Of a stretch of DNA of 64,000 bases, positions 50,179 to 62,535 are shown piece by piece. The stretch covers positions 22,444,001 through 22,508,000 of the forward strand of contig CM120641.1 of assembly GCA_051362555.1 (NCBI GenBank), in the 5' to 3' direction. The position numbers were made by a program, and so were the translations under genes. The notes under the pieces are model-generated. The model saw nothing but the letters and a program-made list of their open reading frames with translations. It did not search any database and was not told the DNA's origin. The DNA comes from Lingula anatina. Taxonomy: Eukaryota > Animalia > Brachiopoda. The first letter of the stretch is position 1, and every line of letters begins with the position of its first letter.

Positions 50179-51707
50179 TTAATGCAGTGAAGGTCCACAA
50201 CTACACTGGACCAGTTTCATGTTGTACAAAGGGGCGGACTTTTTCGCATTGAATGAGGGTCTATTAGTCAGTGTCATATTCCTCATTTCCTTCCTCGTTT
50301 GCAAGGTAATAATAGAGACCCTAGAATAATGTCCACAGAACAAATTGACCACACGTGATAAACTTATTAAATTTACCAGCAACATCACACAATCAACTAC
50401 TGCCAATAGCCGCAATTTAAATAATAATAGACGTGCGTACTAGACTTTCACTTTATCAGGGCCACCATTAATGATGAGTTCATAAGATAAGCTATATATT
50501 CAACCTAGAGCATGTATGTACCCGTTTTCTTTGTGAGTATACTAGTACAGCCACGTTGCACTGATATTAAGATATCTTTTCACGTTACATGCAAATTTCA
50601 GAGACAAAACAATTCAGAAATATAAATCAATTCAACAATGGTATAAATATTGAATATTTCTGACACACCAACGCTACTAGCAACCCTGCAGGTTGTAATG
50701 GGTTTCCGCATGGGATGCTTTAAACAAACCATAACATTATACCTGTAGGCTAAGCAGACGATACTAGCAAACTACACTTACTGCTCCACGAGGCAGGGTT
50801 TGTAAATGTGGACTGGCATTGAGGATGCTACTAGCACCATACATCGATATATTCATCGAAAAACTAGTAAAGAAAATGATTTTTAACATTTGAATTGTGC
50901 TTTTTTAAATGGTAAAAGTTTTTTTTATAAACACTGATATAAATCAGTGGTTTATACATGTATAAAATATGCAGTATATATTAATCGTTATATTATAAAG
51001 AAAGTGGCAGTAACCAAGATACTGATTACAATGCCAAAGAATGCATTTTGATACAGGAGTCCCTGTGGTCAACACTATGAATAGAACGCACTAAAAGTAA
51101 GAGCGGTGATATATTGGCAGGGAGACACTATCAATACAAATTTTTATTACTGTTTTTATATATTCTTTATATGCACAATGTAAATATCGCTTTTCCATAC
51201 TTATGAAAACAAAATTTCCACGCGTGCTTCACCGCAATTTTTCATTTTCGTATTTGTTCATTTGATGCCTCCCTCCCCCTCCCCGTGCCTAAACTATTCT
51301 GCGAAATATAAAAAGTTACCTGTTGAAGCACTGGTTTCCTCCGTAGTAATTTCTGTAGCATTACATGTGGCAAATACAAATTATATACTGCCACGTTTTC
51401 TCCCTTTCGTCCAGATATGTTATTAGAATCAGTCGCAGAACTTTAAATATTCCTCTCCGCGATGCAGGGTTTCCCTGCACGTTCCTCTACACCGAGTGAC
51501 GTCCTCTTGAATAACTTTACCATTGAACGTAACACCAACAGTGAAATAAGTGTCGCAGGTAAAACTTCGAAGATATTCATCAACTTCACTTTTAAGACGT
51601 GTTAACTTAGTCGTGGCATCCCTTGGATTCGGATGATCGCTATCTCTTCGGTTAATGCTAGGGTTAATAGAGCTCGCTCTTTTGTAGTTGACGGATGCGG
51701 AGAGACT
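50179..51707 (-). other. Exon-like fragments of an unknown gene or pseudogene with cystine-knot-like motifs
   Basis: 51707-51429 is a 92-codon open frame after a strong acceptor and contains CRGTC. 50827-50782 (IYKPCLVE, GTAAGT donor) joins in phase to 50320-50179 (…LYNMKLVQCSCGPSLH*). I could not build a complete gene model. Confidence 0.3.
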
Positions 51708-53674
51708 CTAAGGAGAAGGACCGTAGATCACAGACACAAATTATTTTGACAGGTCCAGAGACCCGCGCGGCTTATTCTTGCATAAATCTATTTTTCTTCT
51801 CGATGGGTTCAAACACATACATAATACACTCGTGGCTAATGTTGTATGATAAAAGAATTTTACGTGAACTGCAAATCAACGGTTAAATTGCTACAATGCT
51901 TTTTATTATAATGCCTTTCAGCTCACATGCGATAAGTTTTTTTAGGCCTTACCAAATCGAACATTTTACCTCTAGCCTTCCCCCTTAAGCTTTTATGACC
52001 AAATATTTAAACCAAGATGCCACAATATTAATGTGTACGAACACAAGAAGGAAAGAAAGGAACTGTAAAGAAGGAAGGTGCTGTTTTCGCGTCGCCTACT
52101 AAAAGAGCAATGTCTTATAGCGAAATGGTGGATGTGATGAATAAAGATTGCAGGCTATAAAATCATGATGCTGTCTTATTTCCCTCTGGGTGTACAGGTA
52201 CGGTGTATCTCAGTTATCTTGGTATTCATCTCGTAATTTATCTTCACATGGATCTTCGCTGTAAGCACAGTTTCCGTCCGAACTATAAGTTTAGTTGTGG
52301 TGTGACCATTGCGTTTGTTGGGCCTTAAGTAACATTCTTCTTTACAGTTTAAAGCGCAGTCATTGCTGATGAGAGTTAGGATTTGAGACACGTCAGAGAC
52401 GTACACACTTTTGAGTAACATTAGCATAGCTGTTTTATACCATTTTAATTACTGTTGATTTATTTTTATATTGGAGTGCATTACAGTTTAAAACAACGAA
52501 AGTGATGGGGCAAGTCAAAATTATGCTGTGACAATATTTTGTGGAACGACCTATTTCAAAATACCCGTTTAAAACATGGCAACGTCGTATAAATGTTTTA
52601 AAATATATTTATTATTGGCATAGTTATCATCATATTTATACTGATATGAGTAATCATATATCTTCAACCACTCTCTACCAATCACCCTTTTGATGTACAC
52701 ATTCATTGCAGTTATATATTTGTTACAAAATGTAAATAAATAATTCATTGCTCCTCCTTGCCAAAGTTTCAACAGAACTATCAAAGAAGAAAATACAGCT
52801 TCTTCAACATCTACAGAACAAAACATTTTCTTTATTGGGGGGGGGGGGGGGGGGGAGCTTTCTGCAAGAAATCAATTTGATATACATAAAAGGCCAGCTC
52901 TCTTGTATTCAAAATAACAACTTATACTTACATGTGTGCATTATTATTTATATTGTTTTATGGCCCAGAAAATGTTTGAATTACATTAAATATGACCTTT
53001 CTGTATATTGGTTACTAGCAATGTTTTACAACAGAAATTGTAACAAGATTCAGCACAAGCCAATTTTAAAATATCATGTGGTATGAACTAAGTCTTTAAC
53101 TATACACATCACTGGAATGATAAATATTCACTGAAAAAAAGCCAATTTCTGCCACACTAAATGCTTCTACTTAACACCCAGGAGTTCAAGGGGGCTTTCA
53201 TAATTCAAGGATCATTTCTTACAAAGTTTTTCTTTTAGTGCAAAATCATCATAGAGTAAGGGCAGAGCCCACTCTGTGTAACCTAAGCAGATAGTTCAAG
53301 ATAGGAATTTTCTTTCTCATACTCTCCAGACAACTAGTTTTCCTAATGTCTACCAACCAAACTTTTCTAACCAAGTGGTATACTCAAGTTATACAGATGT
53401 ACCTGAAAATTTCAAAAGACTGACAAAATAAATAGTCTGGCTATAACATGAGAGTCACCTATATACCAAGCTCCGAGTAATCTATTTTTGCTCAAATGGG
53501 TAGTAAACTTGTAAAAGAGAGTAAACCCTCCAATGCTGTAATTGCATGTTAGGACCTCTCAATATGTACAGATACAGCCGTTTTCTAAAGTATACCACCT
53601 GATGTGATATATCCCTAACCAAACTAGTTAAACAGTCCCATGGGATCAGACCATGGACTATGAACAGTTCCACA

Positions 53675-56600
53675 CTAGAACTTGAGGGATCCTATTGATG
53701 GGAGATCTGGCAGTTTGATATCCTTGATTTTCTGTGGTAAGTTCATTTCTTTGACTGCTGATATAGCTCTGCCAGGAGCACCTGCTATGCCAGCCTGCAA
53801 GAACAGAAATACAAACATGTAAAAGTTGATACAGGCTTATGATAAAATATTGATGCAAAATACACCAGTGTGTATTATATTTCTCAACACACTGATGTGC
53901 TGTGTGAAACCTTATAATATTACTAAAACAGACCAATCTAAACCAAAGTGTATTTTTTTTCAATATATTAATGCAGTCTTTGCATTTCTTTTATTTCTAA
54001 AACACTGACTTATATTGAAACCCCATATCTATTAAATTTTCATTATAAAAAAAAACAACATATTATCATTTCTTTGAAAATGTTCCAAGAAGCTTTTAAG
54101 TCAATGATCTGTCAAAGTCCTATGATCCTATCAAAGTAGGCAAAACAAAGAGTGTAACAATAACAAAAAAGAAAAGTAAAAAAAATGGCAATGACATTTA
54201 AATCCAAGTAAGCTGGATTACAATTTAGGTGACTTTATCAACAATTGCTGCAAGGTGCAATGAAATTACTTATAAAGCACTTGTTCCACAGAGCTCAACA
54301 AGCACCTTGTTTGATAGAATCACCTAGCTCATACACCACTTTGGAGCTCACAAACATTTCTACTGTCAAACTATTGATTCTGTCTATGCTAAACAGGAAA
54401 GCTAATTTTCAGTAGGACAATTATTTTGAGTCCATATTGGTCCATGGTCTTAACACAACACTGCAAAATTACTATTTTTACTACTAAAATATATCAATCA
54501 CATTGGTTTTTAAACCAGAAACACATCGATTTACCTAGCTACAGTTCAAATATTCTGAATAGGTTATTCTATGAAAAGGAAGAACATTCACATGCAATTA
54601 ATGCTGTTTATATCAATTAAACATTTAAAGTAATTTTTGAGAAATAATATGTTTGATACAGCAGTTTACACTTAAAAAGTTCATAAGTCAAAGTTTATAA
54701 AAGTAATAAATCAAAGCAACTTTAATTGCAAGTGAAACTTTTCTACTTTATCAAAAGTAAGTTTTCAAAGTAACACTTAACATCAAAAACTGCTCTACAT
54801 AACATGCCCCAAAATCCTTAAAAATTCATTATATAAAATACAAAAAATGCTTACTTTTGTAAAGTGAACAATCATGTTTCTTACGTTACAAAGAAAATAA
54901 GCAATACAATAAATACCTCAGATTTTTCAATTTTACTTTGTTCCTCTATCCTTGTTAGTATTTCTGTCATATTTGTTTCTAGAACCATTCCCCCCATTAC
55001 CATTTCTTGTAAAATGTAGTGCACCTGAAAATAGCAGTTCATGGATTCAGCACATTAACATATCAAATAATAATAAATTACCTCTATATCCATTTCTTCA
55101 AACACATCTTTGTGCCAATTCTACAATTTCAGTAGCTGAGGAACTCATCTAAGTTGATTTCAAAGTTATCTTAAACAGTTACAGTTAAATAAAACAATGG
55201 CATCTTAAGCCAAAAATAAATAACTATTAAGACCTTTTTGTAAAATGTTTTTCATTGCTTCTTGTATAATGACAGTAGAAAAATCAAATTGTTTCTAAAG
55301 AGCCTAGCATGTTCCCACAACTTTTTTTTTTTTTTTTTTGGGGGGGGGGGGGGGGTATTACATTCTTTCAGCTTGTGCCATACCACCTACCTTGTCTACG
55401 TGGAATATCAAATCTAATTCACAAACATTTTCAAAACATTTGTCTAAGGTTTCCACAAATACCTGGAAAAAAAGTACATTATTTGTAAAGATGTGTGTAC
55501 TGAATTTAATGATAAAATCATCTTTCATTTGATATATCGTGGCCCAGCGAAGACAATCAATAAAATCCCCGTCTTGTTCAAGTTTTTCTTTTTCTATTCA
55601 TCTCATTTATATTATCTTGGCTTTTAGCAGAAAAGCATGTGCCTAAAATATTGGTTCATATCTAATCTCTTACCTGAATCAGGTCAAGAATTCCTAATTC
55701 ACTTTCTGAGGAGTCCACACAGAATACGAAGTATAGAGTAGCATAATGCCTGTAAATTAACCGGTAATCAGAACCTCCAATTAAACTGAAAGAACAAACA
55801 AAAACATATTTAGAAATATAATTAGTGAGTAACAGAATTATTCAAAACTCCTTGTGATTGATTTTAAGTTGTATTAAGACATCTGAACTGATTGTATTAT
55901 GATATGTCTTTTAAACACTTTTATGATGAGTTGGACTCACTGATCTAGTCATTCTTTATTGCATGCACTAAACAAATGGTTTGAGTGTTGAAGTCATTTC
56001 TTCTCCATCCAAACAATTTTTTTATTCAAATGACTGCCTTTAAAATCACCCTTAATAAATTATAAAGTCAACAAATTACTCATCAGCTCAGATGTCTAGT
56101 GTACAACTGGAAGAAAAAAAATTAAAATTAAATATTATGTTTAAATATGACAAATAAAATTCAAGTTCTCAGAGAAAGATTTTTGAACTTCATGATGAGG
56201 ACAATCACCAATGTCAAATGCACCACATTAACAGTTACACATATAAATATTGCATTAAAATATAAATCAATATCTATTTGCAGCAAATCATCACATAGCT
56301 TTGGAAGTAAATTCTAATCAAGAGCTTTGTCCATACTTGACAGAAACGAGTACAGAGCAAAGAAGTGCAACAAATCTTTTATTTGGTTAACTGGGAAGAA
56401 GCATGGAATTTACAAACAATGCATCTTCAGGGTTTGTGCTGACACATATATGTCTGTGTGAAACAGAAATTTTTTTTTCATAAATCTATAATGCAATTCA
56501 CCTTTAAATATGATATAATTTTTATTGTTTCTTTTTTTTATAATTACACTACCAGCAAATATGAAGTGGTAATAAAATGTTTAAAGAAAATCATGCAGTT

Positions 56601-58951
56601 AGTATTAAATTGGATTAATTTGAAAATAAATAAATAAATAAATAAATAAAGAGATGTTAATGAAACAACTTCAACAAAACATCAAACAACTCTGAAATAT
56701 GTACACAGTAGTTTTATGAGATGTGCAACCTTTAACCACATTAAACCTTCTGTAATATCCATTGGTGTTTAACTTCATAAATATATTGAAAAATTAACAA
56801 ATAAACAGGTATAACTCATTTAAGGTTAGGATGTTTTCATTAGCAAGGGTTGTGCAAGAAGGTTTAACAATGTATTTGTTAACAATCGAAAGACATATTG
56901 ATTGGAATTAGGTTCTAACAATGCAGAAATGATTAATGACTTGATTAAATGTATGGCAAATAAATCTTCTTCCAACCATACAGCTAATGGCCAAACCATA
57001 TCTGCAGCTCAATCATATTTTAAGCAGACAAATAGTCAATCTTTTTAAAAAATTAACATAAAGGAATTAATGTCTGATGTTACAGAGGGAAACCAACTTG
57101 CAATGCATTTCAGCCAAATTTTTTTCAGTGTAATTTCAGTGGGCTCATTTTCAATAAATATGCTAATATAATCATAATATGGGATCTTTTACAAAGCAAT
57201 TATCACTTTCATTGAAGAATTGAATTGTGAAGTATATACAAATACTGTATAAGGTACATAGTCCACCCATGCTGCAAGCCCTCTGTAGCACATATAGGTT
57301 TGCCAGACCAATAGTGGCACACAAATTCAATGTCATAATTCAATTGTTCCACAATAAAGTGAACTATTTCTAGATAAGCTATTACCATGTCCAAATACAC
57401 ATTAACTGAAAGCAGTTCTGGAAATATCCCTCTTTTTTTCCTTAACAACCAAAGCAAACAATGGTATATTTTTAAGAACAAAACTCCATAATAAAACCAA
57501 TTCAAATTCTATTGCCCTATTTTGTTTCTATTTAGAAACTGAATCTATGTGCAACCATAAGAGGGCAGTAACACAACCTGGAGTCCAAACAAACCTGTTC
57601 AAGCGCCTGAATTGAAAAATAAAAGTCAGTATATGTTTTAATGAGCATGCTGTTCACAAAGCAAATGAAAAATATCAAAGTAAGTACTTTACATACAAAT
57701 ATAACATAGGACACAAAATTAAACAAGTACTGTACAAAAAAGAATGCTGTGAAGTTTTTGGGGTATAAGAAACTCACAAGCCACTGTCCAAGTATAAAAC
57801 TAATTACAAGTTTCTTTCTCAAACAACTTACTGTTACTGAAGTTTTCCCTAGTGTTACTTTAATGGTGACATATTATATTTCATTGAACAAATTACAGTT
57901 CTTTCCTCTCTAAGCAGGAAGAACTGCTAGCTTATAGAGGAAAATTACTTCTAAAATTTTGGGTCAAGTCTTAAGGAATAAAACTGTTTCACACAGGTAA
58001 CTGAGGTATTTAATATTTGAGAAAATTTTAACTCATTGAATGAGCTGGTATGCATGATTTATTATATAATGATGTTTCTACTTTATTAGTCTTCAGGTAA
58101 TCTTTAAGAAATATTTAGTCAAAAGCCTGCGAAGTGTCAGATATAATAGGTGCACCAATGGGTACTTTTTAATTGTGCTCTATGCATTAATTAAGACATT
58201 AAAAGAAGAGTATTTCACACACTGGCATTTCCAGTTTTTACAGGAAGATAAATAAAAGAAGACAAAAACAGCAAGCATAATAAGTATATCACTAAGATTG
58301 ATTAACAAGAGACGAGGAAGTGTCTTGTTTCTTCAAGTTCTGTACATGTATGTTGGATATTTTGACAGGATAATTTCAACTCACGTTCCTCCTTCCAGGA
58401 AATTGCACACATTGTCATCTCTTTTCGAGACTAAATGGAAGGTCTCCCGTATAATTTGCTGTTGTGTGTCCTCTGGCTATAAAACATCAAAAAGAGCACA
58501 ATGATAATGTCATGACACAGCAAATTCACCGGTGCTGCCAGAATTTAAATATTCTCAAACTACATGTAAATATCCAAATATCATGCCACTTAAAAGTGCA
58601 AGGTCAACACCCAGAGAAAAGGTATTAAAAGAGAGAATCAAGTAATAAATCGGACTTTTTGGAATGCGAATTGGATTTATATCTTACAATGACCACAAAA
58701 ATTAGTTTACTTAATGCAAATTTATCGTGCACTTTCGACTTCCATATACTATAGTCTACCACAGTTCACCGACCAATTCGGAAGTGTTCGCAAGACGTTT
58801 GCTGTCTACAGTACAAATTGACGTTTACCATTAATGATTATCCTACTTAAAATGACAATAGTAGCAACTTGGAAGTACTTACGAAATGCTGGTAGAATTT
58901 GGAAACCCGCGGTTTTCCGTGGTTATTGAAAACTAATACAGCTTTTATCAT
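53675..58951 (-). CDS. AP3S1: AP-3 adaptor complex sigma subunit (AP3S1/AP3S2-like), 6 exons, 190 aa
   Basis: Exons 58951-58883 (MIKAVLVFNNHGKPRVSKFYQHF), 58476-58385 (PEDTQQQIIRETFHLVSKRDDNVCNFLEGG), 55785-55674 (LIYRHYATLYFVFCVDSSESELGILDLIQ), 55462-55391 (VFVETLDKCFENVCELDLIFHVDK), 55024-54917 (VHYILQEMVMGGMVLETNM), 53794-53675 (AGIAGAPGRAISAVK...F*). All introns are GT-AG and the total is 573 nt. Confidence 0.97.
57595..57606 (-). CDS. Candidate 12-nt microexon in AP3S intron 2
   Basis: ACTGAC branch-like site, pyrimidine tract and CAG acceptor, then GCGCTTGAACAG, then a GTTTGT donor. Inclusion preserves the frame (GGT-RLNS-LIGG). Confidence 0.3.
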
Positions 58952-59446
58952 TATGCTAGTAACCTAAGAAAAAAATCTGTCTATGGATGACAGGAAGTGA
59001 CGTAAAAGTTGTTTTAAAACTTTGAATGGACCCATTTCTTTAATTTACAAGTCAACTTAAAAATACATTTCAATAATGAATGAAATGATAAATAAAGAGC
59101 AATCAATTTAGATCAACGTAAAAGCTACTTAATTCAAAAAGGTTTGTATCCATTCCTTGCTAATAATCTTTATTTTATTACTGCTCAATCTTTGACCCTT
59201 AACCCCAGTGACCTGCCGATGATGTAAAGTTCATTTGATTGCGAAGTAAACATAAATACTGGATGCAGTGACGAATAGACTAGTCTTAAGAAAACGCGCT
59301 AAGGACTGGTCGGAATTTTCCTACACGTGCTTTTGCTCTTTGGAAATATAGATCTACAGTATTTAACACTAGTTTCAATAAGATCGCTCAAAACGAGAAT
59401 TTGAATCGACTTAAATTTAAAAGTAGTAAGTGTACGAACTTTGAAG
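58952..59446. promoter_or_regulatory. Shared (bidirectional) promoter region between AP3S and CDO1
   Basis: 495 bp between divergent ATGs, locally CpG-richer. Contains CAGGAAGTGACGT (ETS/CRE-like) at 58991-59003, TGATGTAAA at 59220-59228, TATA-like CATAAATA at 59251-59258 and CACGTG at 59324-59329. Confidence 0.7.
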
Positions 59447-61636
59447 ATGGAGGATTTTGTCGCATCCAAAAACATAAAAATTCCACAGACACTGGATGAC
59501 CTGATAGCAGGATTGTATGAAGCGTTTTCTTCAGATAGAGTTAATGTGGATTATGTACACACACTGATGAGTTTATACAAAAGCAATCCAACGGAATGGA
59601 AAAAATTTGCAAAATTTGACCCACACAGGTATTTTAACTTACAACATTATTTTGATCTGAGCGTCATTTTGTGGAATTGGTTTTTGCCTTTTTTATTATT
59701 AAATTCATTTGCTATTTTCTTTAAAACTAAAGTAATTTTGTTAGCATTTTCTATTTAATAAAAATGTTATTACTTATGCAAACTTTATCTTTGTATTGTA
59801 TTAGATCACTTTAATTCACTTGTTTTTTTTTTTTTTTTTGTTTTTTTTTTAATGAAAAGTGACAAATATATAATGTATAATAGTTACAATTCACTTTTTA
59901 TTGATTTATTTTACCTTTTAATAAATCATAGGTATACCCGTAACTTAGCTGACGGTGGGAATGGCAAGTTTAACCTGATAGTGTTATGTTGGGGAGAGGG
60001 CCAAGGAAGCAGTATTCATTCACATGCTGATGCCCACTGCTTTATGAAGGTATTAGATGGCCAGCTGAAGGAATCTTTGTATGACTGGCCTGAGGAAGAG
60101 GGACAACATATGCACAAGAAAGCTGAAAATATTTACAAGAAAAATGGAGTAGCTTACATAAACGGTGAGTATAGTAATGTTTTGTTGCCTGTTAGATGGA
60201 GGCTGTGTCCCATCTCTGATCCTTTAATTAGTTTGCAGACAAACTCTTTTGCTCTTTTAGTAAACCAGAAGTGGTTGTTTCATTATTTATTCAGTTATTT
60301 TTTTCCCGATTAATGAAAAAGTTGATAATTCCTACAAGCAATGTACTTAAGAGTCAATTTTTCAAATAGTGACCCTGATAAACACCAATGAATCATTTTC
60401 TTTGCTTATTGCAGAAGCTTACTTTTATTTTATGAAATTGGCAAAGCAATTACATGAAAGTAAAACGCAATCCTATCATGAAAATGTCTTCAAGCTCCCA
60501 TGTGAATTAAATAGACCAGGATTGGATCAATTTTTAAAATTATTTTGCATAATTATCTTATTGAAACGAGATTGTTTTCATTCTTTGATGGCAATATAAA
60601 CATGTTTACAAGGCTGAAGTTTTGTGTTACCTGGATAAGATGTTTTGATTAGGGTTATTCTGTCAAGCCTGTGCCTGGGTGGATCACTCAACATTTGATG
60701 CTTCAGTGTCATTGAACTCCTTAGTCACGTTGTAAAGTGATTACAGAAATGACTTAATTCATACCCATGTTTCATAAATATTCCTCAAGGTTGACAATTT
60801 AAGTGCTAATTTACATTACAAAGTATTACAAGCCTATGCAATCTTCATATCAGATCTAATTTGAATGAAATTTATGAATGAGATATAAGCAGTATTTGGT
60901 AGTATCTCTCCAGCAACAGTTGGCATTATGTTTGAAGTACTTACCATATTTATTTCCATTTAAAAAGTTCATGGCAGAAGACATTATGGAGTAGATATAT
61001 TATGCATACACATGATCCGTGAACCAAATAATTTAATAGTTTTTAACTACTGTGTTGAAGAAACCCAGTAAGATTCATATTTAAATAAAATTAAAGTTTT
61101 GCAAATTTATATGATCATCAGAAGTGTCTGTGTGCCTGGAAAAGAGGTGAAGATGTTATCATTATCAATAGCACTGAGATAGGGGAAGGGCACCTTGACG
61201 ATATAGAAAGAGGTTAATGCATGCGTTCTGAATTTTTTAAAACTCTCATTTGACTCAATGTTAGCTCTGTAATAAACTGAATAAATGATGACTAGTTTTA
61301 TTTCTGGTGGAGTTTTACCATCTGTTTTCATCTGTATGTTTAATGTGGAGAATAGTACAGATAGTACTGCTAAGAAAGCACAAAGCGTTTCATCATCAGG
61401 TCACATTCTGAAGTCCTTGGCATTTCTGGAACGATCTCTGTGGGTGCTCTGCAAAGTATTTGGAGAAATCAACAAAAGATCTAAAAGTACATGACCTTCT
61501 TACATTACTCTAGGTTAAAGTATTTTCTTCTTGATATTTTAGCCTTGTTTGTTAATTGAGAAATACTTATGCTATTCTAGTTTGGTAAAGGAAACAGTGC
61601 ACTATATATATATATATATATATCCAGATTTTTTTT

Positions 61637-61681
<45 letters not shown>

Positions 61682-62535
61682 ATTTTTTCTAGAACTTAGG
61701 GATTTTTTCCTGCTGCTAGTACAGAATTTCTGTTATTCGTTTCTTGCTGTATTTTTTGAGAGCTGCAATAAGTGTGTGTTTATAATAACATTGTTTATTT
61801 TTCTTCCACAGATTCTCTTGGCCTACACCGCATAGAAAACCCCAGTCACTCCGACACTGCTGTGAGCCTTCACCTCTACTGTCCTGCCTTTGACATGTGC
61901 CAGTGTTTTGACGAGAGGACAGGACACAAGCACAATTCCCGTGTCACCTTCTACAGCAAGTATGGAGAAAGAACGCCTTTCTGCAAGTTCACGGACGCAG
62001 TGAATGATGTTATGGTAAGATTAAACTATGGAAATTCCAGGTTTCGGCATGAAGATGTGTTTTGGCACCTACCGATTGTAGGTTCAAACCAGTTGTTCTA
62101 AGTTTATGTAAGCAGAAAGGTTGGGCAACATTTAGAGCACTGTTCAAAGTAAAGGTGCACTGATATTGGTTGTTTACTGTGTTAAATATGCATCTTGTAG
62201 TTTGATTATCTATTTTTCTACGTTTTCCACTTTTCTCGAAACCATTACTGGTGAGATTGGTTCGAGGATACTACAGAAAACAGTGGAATGTAATGACAAA
62301 GGTTTTTATGTATTAAAAAGGAGTGTTTGGTTTTGAAATTTGTACTCTTTAGCTAAATTTAATACCATACTTAAATATCTTATTTAAGTCATATACTGAG
62401 TACTGTCTTTAACAATCTAATGATACGATTGACTAATCTAATTTTTTTTCAATCTTCAATTTCATAATGTTTCTTTTAAATTCTTTCACACAGGGAGGCT
62501 ACACATATGACGGACACGTGCCAGAGAACAACTAG
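59447..62535 (+). CDS. CDO1: Cysteine dioxygenase type 1, 4 exons, 219 aa
   Basis: Exons 59447-59628 (…EWKKFAKFDPHR), 59932-60164 (YTRNL…CWGEGQGSSIHSHADAHCFMK), 61812-62014 (GLHRIENPSH…SLHLYCP), 62494-62535 (GGYTYDGHVPENN*). The three-His iron site, the Cys-Tyr cross-link residues and the C-terminal ENN are present. The total is 660 nt. Confidence 0.96.
61603..61680. repeat. Compound (TA)n / poly-T / (TG)n microsatellite in CDO1 intron 2
   Basis: TA run at 61603-61623, then a T run, then about 20 TG units at 61641-61680. Confidence 0.9.

Noticed and set aside
52176-52427. 83-aa minus-strand ORF as the first exon of the cystine-knot-like fragments
   Set aside because: No convincing signal peptide and no suitable donor; it ends in its own stop.
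59441-59446. TTG start for CDO1 given in the ORF track
   Set aside because: This is a eukaryotic gene; the ATG at 59447 in good context (AAGATGG) is the likely start.
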